From contig JARGFP010000006.1 of NCBI GenBank assembly GCA_029210585.1, forward strand, positions 88,322 to 152,321: 64,000 nucleotides of DNA. Reading direction: 5' to 3'. The stretch is from Bacteroidales bacterium (GTDB lineage Bacteria; Bacteroidota; Bacteroidia; Bacteroidales; GCA-2748055). How positions within the stretch are numbered: the first letter of the stretch is position 1; each line of letters starts with the position of its first letter. This document shows positions 58,894-64,000 of the stretch, one piece after another. Below the pieces are notes generated by a model. It had not been told where the DNA came from. It did not search any database and was given only the letters and a program-made list of their open reading frames with translations. The position numbers were made by a program, and so were the translations under genes.

Positions 58894-60099
58894 CTAATTA
58901 TATTCTTCGATGATATCCCCCCAGAAGTCCAGTTCTGAAAAATTGATAAATCCGGCACCGTCCCAGGTGGAATGGATCGCGATCCTGAAATACCTGATCT
59001 CAACTGGAACCTCGAACGAAAATTCATCCCCGTTATAAAAGGCAGTCATATCCTCATCAGTTACCTGTCCAGCTGGCAATCCGGAAGGTTTGGATGATTC
59101 ACATTCACGCAGCTTGATCCAGTCTGCCAGGTTACCTTCCCCATTGCCCAGGTCCATAGCCCCGTAAACGGTATATTCCATCGGGTTCCCGTGGGTAAAT
59201 GCCCACCAATCCTGTTCCAGTCCGCGTTGGAACACTTTGAACCTGCTCAGACGCACTTTAACACCCAGGTCGACCGTGAAGATCTGTGGCATGGGATGGT
59301 CTCCCTGTGAATGAACAAATGACTGGTAATCATTGTCATAAGCGCTTTCATACCTGCCTTCCCATGCATCCCAGTTGGTATCGGTGGGCAAAATCACCTT
59401 TCTGAATTTCGATTTGTCCAGTTTCGCCTCATAAAAGGGCGTGATCATTCTGTCTTCCGTATCCGGGTATTTTGGTGCGGTCAGGTGATCCCACCGGTCT
59501 TTCACCAATGCATAGAAAGCAGTGGGTTCGGGTTCATACCCTCTTAGTGAATATCTTCCTTCCATGGTGGAAGTGTAAATGGTATGGACATTCTCCAGCT
59601 CTCCGGTTGAATCCTGCGCAAAAATAAGAATGGCCACTGGCGCCTCCGTAGGATTCTGCCAGGTGAATTTGGCACCACCGAAGTCCGGTTCGATCCTGAT
59701 GGACCGCTGTATCAAAGTAGCGGGATCCACCAGGGGTTGTTCCGTGAATGAAGTACCCTCCGAAACATTGGCACTCCTGTCGACAGCATACAGCGTAACT
59801 GTTTTGGGCAATGTATCTCCAAACCCAAGTACTGACAGATCGTTGCGATACAAGGAAACCTTTACTTCCGAGGTGTTGGTATCAGAAGGTTTAAATTCTG
59901 CCTTTACATACAACAGGTCCTCATCGTCCGGCAGTACATAGCTTACATCGAATCCTCCGGCAACGGGTACAACCGACTCAATCACAACCGGACCCGGGGG
60001 AACACTATCCATTTTGACCGGCATTTCCAGGCCTTCGTCACAGCCGGGAAACAGCAACAATGCAAGGATCAAGACATTCCAAAGTTTTCTAGTTCTCAT
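58894..60099 (-). CDS. PUL lipoprotein (DUF4959/DUF5126/DUF5000-like)
   Basis: Lipoprotein signal, PDDEDLLYVKA, LYAVDRS, discoidin-like C-terminus FTVDLG...RYFR...ELDFWG. Confidence 0.75.
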   Translation of the reverse strand: MRTRKLWNVLILALLLFPGCDEGLEMPVKMDSVPPGPVVIESVVPVAGGFDVSYVLPDDEDLLYVKAEFKPSDTNTSEVKVSLYRNDLSVLGFGDTLPKTVTLYAVDRSANVSEGTSFTEQPLVDPATLIQRSIRIEPDFGGAKFTWQNPTEAPVAILIFAQDSTGELENVHTIYTSTMEGRYSLRGYEPEPTAFYALVKDRWDHLTAPKYPDTEDRMITPFYEAKLDKSKFRKVILPTDTNWDAWEGRYESAYDNDYQSFVHSQGDHPMPQIFTVDLGVKVRLSRFKVFQRGLEQDWWAFTHGNPMEYTVYGAMDLGNGEGNLADWIKLRECESSKPSGLPAGQVTDEDMTAFYNGDEFSFEVPVEIRYFRIAIHSTWDGAGFINFSELDFWGDIIEEYN

Positions 60100-60135
60100 A
60101 TTGCAATATTTTAATAATTTTTTATGAATAGCCTA

Positions 60136-62037
60136 CTACCATCCGGGGTTCTGCACCAGGCTCGGGTTAAGTACAATCTCGTTTTCCTCGATGGGCCAGA
60201 GATAATCCCGTACTGAAAATGACTGCAAGTGCAGTGTATTGGTACGGTAGTACTCACGTACATCGGTTTTCAGCACATTCCATCCCCTTACAGGTTTGTT
60301 CATGTATTCCTGACCGAGTTTCCATCTCCTCAGGTCCCAGAATCTTGCACCCTCGAATGCCATTTCAATCAACCGTTCGTGTTGAATGATCTTGCGCAAC
60401 CCTGCCTTGGTTGCCGGCTTGTCGGGCTGGGATGAATAATTCGCCCAGCTTTCCACGACACCCTGCAACCCTGCGCGTTCGCGCACCAGGTCGATGTATT
60501 CGTATACTTCCTCATCCGGACCGGCCTTCACCTCGTTCAGTGCTTCGGCATAATAGAGGTAGAGGTCTGCCAGCCGGATCACCGGGAAAGGATAATTGAT
60601 GGTATAGTACCAGTTGCCATCCCGGATCTCGTTTTCAATGTGGCAGAGTTTCTTGGCCCAGTACCCGGTTACCGAATATTGCGTCACTTCAAATACAGAG
60701 GAATATTCTCCCCTTCTGCCATGAATGGCCCAACTGTCCTCCTGGTCAGTCGTCTTCCCGTTACCGAACCAGAGTGAACGGTCGTGTGCAATATCAGCAT
60801 AAAACCTGTATTCGCGGTCGAAGTGCAGAGCGGCAGTTTGCTGACCAAACTCGATAAAATAGCGGTGATCGCTCTGCACGGTTCTCAGGTTGAATCTTCC
60901 CCCGTAATCATATTCCACATCCTCACTGATCGGGACGCCGTTTTTCGTATAGTACTGTTCTGCGATCCGGAGGGTTGGTGCATGCCTGGCTGCCACCGGG
61001 TTGGAAACCGCCGCGTACAACCTCGGCTGTGCCTCGTACTGCAGCGTACCCACGATGCCTGAGGTTCCTCCCCAGATAATTTCCGGGTTCCACCGCTTGG
61101 TGATCCTGCTGCGTAACAACAATTTCATGTTGAGACTGTCATTGTAGTCCATCACGGTGATCAGTTCATCCTTGTCGAACAACTTATGTCCTACCTGGTG
61201 CGCAATATCTATTGCTTCCTTACAGGCCACCGCTGCCTTTTCCCACTTTGCCTTGTCATAGGTTGTACTGAAAAGCGTCTCACCATCCTTATTGGCGAAG
61301 GTTGCATAATCGGGATTGCCATTAAACAGCGGACTTGCTGCAGTAACCAGTACCCTGGCCTTGATGGCCATGGCAATGGGCTGGGTGATCCTTCCCAGTT
61401 CAGTACTGGGTAGATCACGCTGCAGGGGAAGATCAGCAATGGCTTCATCCATCAGGTTCACAGTATAGTTAAAAGCCGAATCCACATGATCCCGTTGTAC
61501 CTTGATTGCTTCGGTTTCGGCCGATACAGCAACACTTTCATCAGTGATGTGGATCGGACCATACATGCGTATAAGGTAAAAGTGGAAATAGGCCTTCAGG
61601 AATTTCACCTCTGCAATCCACTGGCGCTTTTCATAATCGGGCAGGTCCTGTACACCTCCTATTTTCTCCAGGAAGATATTGCAGGAACGGATCCCCACAT
61701 AGAGTTGTTTTCCTCCATTGCCGCCTCCCCAGAAATCGAAAAGGGGACTCACAATATTCTGTTCACCCCGCGCGATACGGAGGGCCGCATTGTAATTCAG
61801 ACGATCCGGATACCAGACCTCATCGCCACCCAGCAGCGTGGGATTGTCCCAGGCTGATCCGTAATTGGGGAGGAAGGAATAACAGGTATAGAGGTATTTT
61901 TCCGCTGTATACCTGTCGGAAAAAGCATTCTCGATTGTTGCAACGTTGTCCGGAACAACATCGAGGAAATCGGTGCATGATGACAACCCTGACACCAGGA
62001 AAAACGATACTATCGTATATTTATACAGTAACTTCAT
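60136..62037 (-). CDS. susD: RagB/SusD family lipoprotein
   Basis: SSCTDFLDVVP, AEVKFLKAYFHF, IRLADLYLYYAEALNE, ERLIEMAFEG-RFWDLRRW, QNPGW. Confidence 0.95.
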   Translation of the reverse strand: MKLLYKYTIVSFFLVSGLSSCTDFLDVVPDNVATIENAFSDRYTAEKYLYTCYSFLPNYGSAWDNPTLLGGDEVWYPDRLNYNAALRIARGEQNIVSPLFDFWGGGNGGKQLYVGIRSCNIFLEKIGGVQDLPDYEKRQWIAEVKFLKAYFHFYLIRMYGPIHITDESVAVSAETEAIKVQRDHVDSAFNYTVNLMDEAIADLPLQRDLPSTELGRITQPIAMAIKARVLVTAASPLFNGNPDYATFANKDGETLFSTTYDKAKWEKAAVACKEAIDIAHQVGHKLFDKDELITVMDYNDSLNMKLLLRSRITKRWNPEIIWGGTSGIVGTLQYEAQPRLYAAVSNPVAARHAPTLRIAEQYYTKNGVPISEDVEYDYGGRFNLRTVQSDHRYFIEFGQQTAALHFDREYRFYADIAHDRSLWFGNGKTTDQEDSWAIHGRRGEYSSVFEVTQYSVTGYWAKKLCHIENEIRDGNWYYTINYPFPVIRLADLYLYYAEALNEVKAGPDEEVYEYIDLVRERAGLQGVVESWANYSSQPDKPATKAGLRKIIQHERLIEMAFEGARFWDLRRWKLGQEYMNKPVRGWNVLKTDVREYYRTNTLHLQSFSVRDYLWPIEENEIVLNPSLVQNPGW

Positions 62038-62050
62038 GATCGCTTGTAAT

Positions 62051-64000
62051 TTAGAATGACAATTGAATTCCACCGTTGACTACCATCTGGATTGGATACC
62101 CCAATCCGTTTCCTCCCATTTCGGGATCCCAGAGATTGAAGTTGCTGAGCGTCCAGAGATTCGTTCCGTTCACATAAAAACGTGCCTGTGTCATTTTTAC
62201 CTTTTCCACAATGCGCCGCGGCAATGAATATCCGATCTCCAGTGATTTCAGCCGGAGGAAGGACCCATCTGCCATGAACTTGGTACTGGTCCGGTTATTA
62301 TTGTTAATGACATAGGTTGAAAGTCGCGGCCACAGTGCATAGACATCCCGGTTTTCTTCCGACCAGTAACTATCTGCATAGGCTTCGATCAGCTGGTTGT
62401 TGGAGGTGATGTTTCCATTCCCGTCCACATCCAGGAAAGGTGCAGTCCAGTAGGGCGAAACCCAGAAGGATTCGCGTGCCAGTCCCTGGAAGAAAAAGGA
62501 AAGGTCGAACGACTTATATCCAAGCGACAGACCTGCTCCGTATACAATCTCCGGTGTTGTCGGAAAACCCAGCGGTACCTGGTCGATCCCTGAAATCCTG
62601 TCATCACCATTGATATCACGGTACTTGATATCCCCGCCGGTATACTCACCGAAAGTCTGTTCCGGGGAATTGTCCACTTCGGTCTGGTCCACGAACAGTC
62701 GTTCCGCAACGTAGCCCCACACCTGGTTGATGGGATGTCCGACGCGCGATAACCATGGTGTTTCTGAATAGTCGGGCTCTTCCGCCCTGGTGATTTCCGA
62801 CGTTGCATAGGTAAAATTGCCCCTGGCCTGTATCCAGAAATCATTGGTGATGAACGTATTGAAATCAAGCGACAGGTCCACTCCCTCGCTCACCGCCTCC
62901 CCCACGTTGGCACGTACAGGGGATTCAAGCCCCATGCTGGCCAGATGGATCCTGTCCATCAGGATATTGTAGCGCGTATCGTGGAACACATCTGCCTGTA
63001 TCATCAGTTTCTCGAAGAGTCCGAGCTCGATCCCAATATTCAGTTTCCTGGCGGTTTCCCAGGTGATCTGGTCATTGGCATACCTGCTGATGGATACCCC
63101 GGTCCTGGAATAATCCATAAAGGTTCCGAAAGGAATGCTCCTGCCGCCGTCATTCATATTTACCTGCGACATATAGAAGAACCTGTCACTGGGTGATCCG
63201 ATCGCATCGTTCCCGACAAGACCATAGGTACCTTTGAGTTTCAGCAAGCTGACCACATCCTTGATTCCTGCAAAGAAGCCCTCGTTGGAGGCAATCCATG
63301 CCAGGCCCACTGAGGGAAAGAATCCAAACCGTTCAGACTCCGAGAACCGTTCCGATCCGTTGTACCCAAAGTTCAATTCTGTAAAATACCTGCTATCGTA
63401 TGAATAGGTAAAGCGACCCGAAAGTCCCATGTTGCGGTAAGGCAGGGAAAGCTGCAGGTTGTCGGCATTGGCAAACAATTCCTCCCGCATGATATATACC
63501 AGCAATCCGCTTACCCCGTGTTTATCGAATTCACGGTTGTATTGCATGGCAGATTCGAAGTACCAGGAAGAGATAATGTCCTTGGATCCCGGAGTGTACC
63601 CGAGGTATTCCGTTCCTTCATCAACATTAAGCGGCAGCAATATATAAGGTTCCTGTCTCAATGGATCTTCAACAGGCCTGTAGTAAAACGGATTATAGGA
63701 CCTGATCACGTCAAAAAACGAATAGCGGTTGGCCATTCCCATGGCCCGGACCTTCAATCCTTCGGTGATCCAGTTCAGGTCCTGGTGAAGCTCAAACTGC
63801 GCCAGCACCCTGTTCTGGCTGTAATCCTTGTATCCCTTCACCATATCTGCATAGGGATTGTAATAGTCCCCGTTCCCATAGTTGCCGAACAGGATGTGGT
63901 TCTTGTACTGGTTGGCTTCATCCGGCTCGTAGTAGGGACGGAAATAGACCGGGTTGGAGCGCATCACCTTGTTGTACATTGCTGAACCCCCGTCGATGGG
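62051..64000 (-). CDS. susC: SusC/RagA TonB-dependent transporter, 5' part outside the window
   Basis: GYNGSERF, FFPSVG, ITWETARK, GDIKYRDINGD, DGSFLRLKSLEIGY, WDPE, and terminal F. Confidence 0.95.
   Translation of the reverse strand, partial: PIDGGSAMYNKVMRSNPVYFRPYYEPDEANQYKNHILFGNYGNGDYYNPYADMVKGYKDYSQNRVLAQFELHQDLNWITEGLKVRAMGMANRYSFFDVIRSYNPFYYRPVEDPLRQEPYILLPLNVDEGTEYLGYTPGSKDIISSWYFESAMQYNREFDKHGVSGLLVYIMREELFANADNLQLSLPYRNMGLSGRFTYSYDSRYFTELNFGYNGSERFSESERFGFFPSVGLAWIASNEGFFAGIKDVVSLLKLKGTYGLVGNDAIGSPSDRFFYMSQVNMNDGGRSIPFGTFMDYSRTGVSISRYANDQITWETARKLNIGIELGLFEKLMIQADVFHDTRYNILMDRIHLASMGLESPVRANVGEAVSEGVDLSLDFNTFITNDFWIQARGNFTYATSEITRAEEPDYSETPWLSRVGHPINQVWGYVAERLFVDQTEVDNSPEQTFGEYTGGDIKYRDINGDDRISGIDQVPLGFPTTPEIVYGAGLSLGYKSFDLSFFFQGLARESFWVSPYWTAPFLDVDGNGNITSNNQLIEAYADSYWSEENRDVYALWPRLSTYVINNNNRTSTKFMADGSFLRLKSLEIGYSLPRRIVEKVKMTQARFYVNGTNLWTLSNFNLWDPEMGGNGLGYPIQMVVNGGIQLSF

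Noticed and set aside
57883-64000. SusCD locus lacking glycoside hydrolases as a novelty
   Set aside because: The locus runs off the window edge, so its enzymes may lie upstream. This SusC-SusD-lipoprotein arrangement is common.

Overview
Chromosomal segment of a Bacteroidota bacterium, probably an anaerobic Bacteroidales/Marinilabiliales-type lineage. Evidence for this: a SusC/SusD pair, a T9SS C-terminal-domain protein and TAnnTTTG promoters. I found no rRNA, tRNA, CRISPR array, transposase or integrase. The standout is a ~15.8-kb co-directional minus-strand operon (14745-30506). It encodes five PQQ/BamB-like beta-propeller proteins plus a remnant of a sixth, an NHL propeller, a twin-arginine multi-[4Fe-4S] ferredoxin with a membrane polyferredoxin (NapG/NapH-like), a fused HydC-HydB (NuoE-NuoF) flavoprotein carrying electron-bifurcation signatures, a HydA/GltD-like partner lacking any catalytic or NADPH-binding domain, and a CxxC-bearing GT4 glycosyltransferase. 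A MacB-like ABC system 7.5 kb downstream may belong to it. This looks like an uncharacterised cytoplasm-to-envelope redox system. Also present: xylA; pirin coupled to a stand-alone E2 acyltransferase domain; an orphan ectoine-type aspartokinase; a decaying osmolyte/acetate-uptake block (marR, ablA pseudogene, ablB, SSS, actP, TPR and porin pseudogenes); a sulfatase; deaD; hsp20; a REC-YaiO-HEAT-GT2 glycan operon; rmuC; a phhB-dodecin-BON operon; and the 3' part of a SusCD locus. All family assignments come from motif recognition by eye, without database searches.
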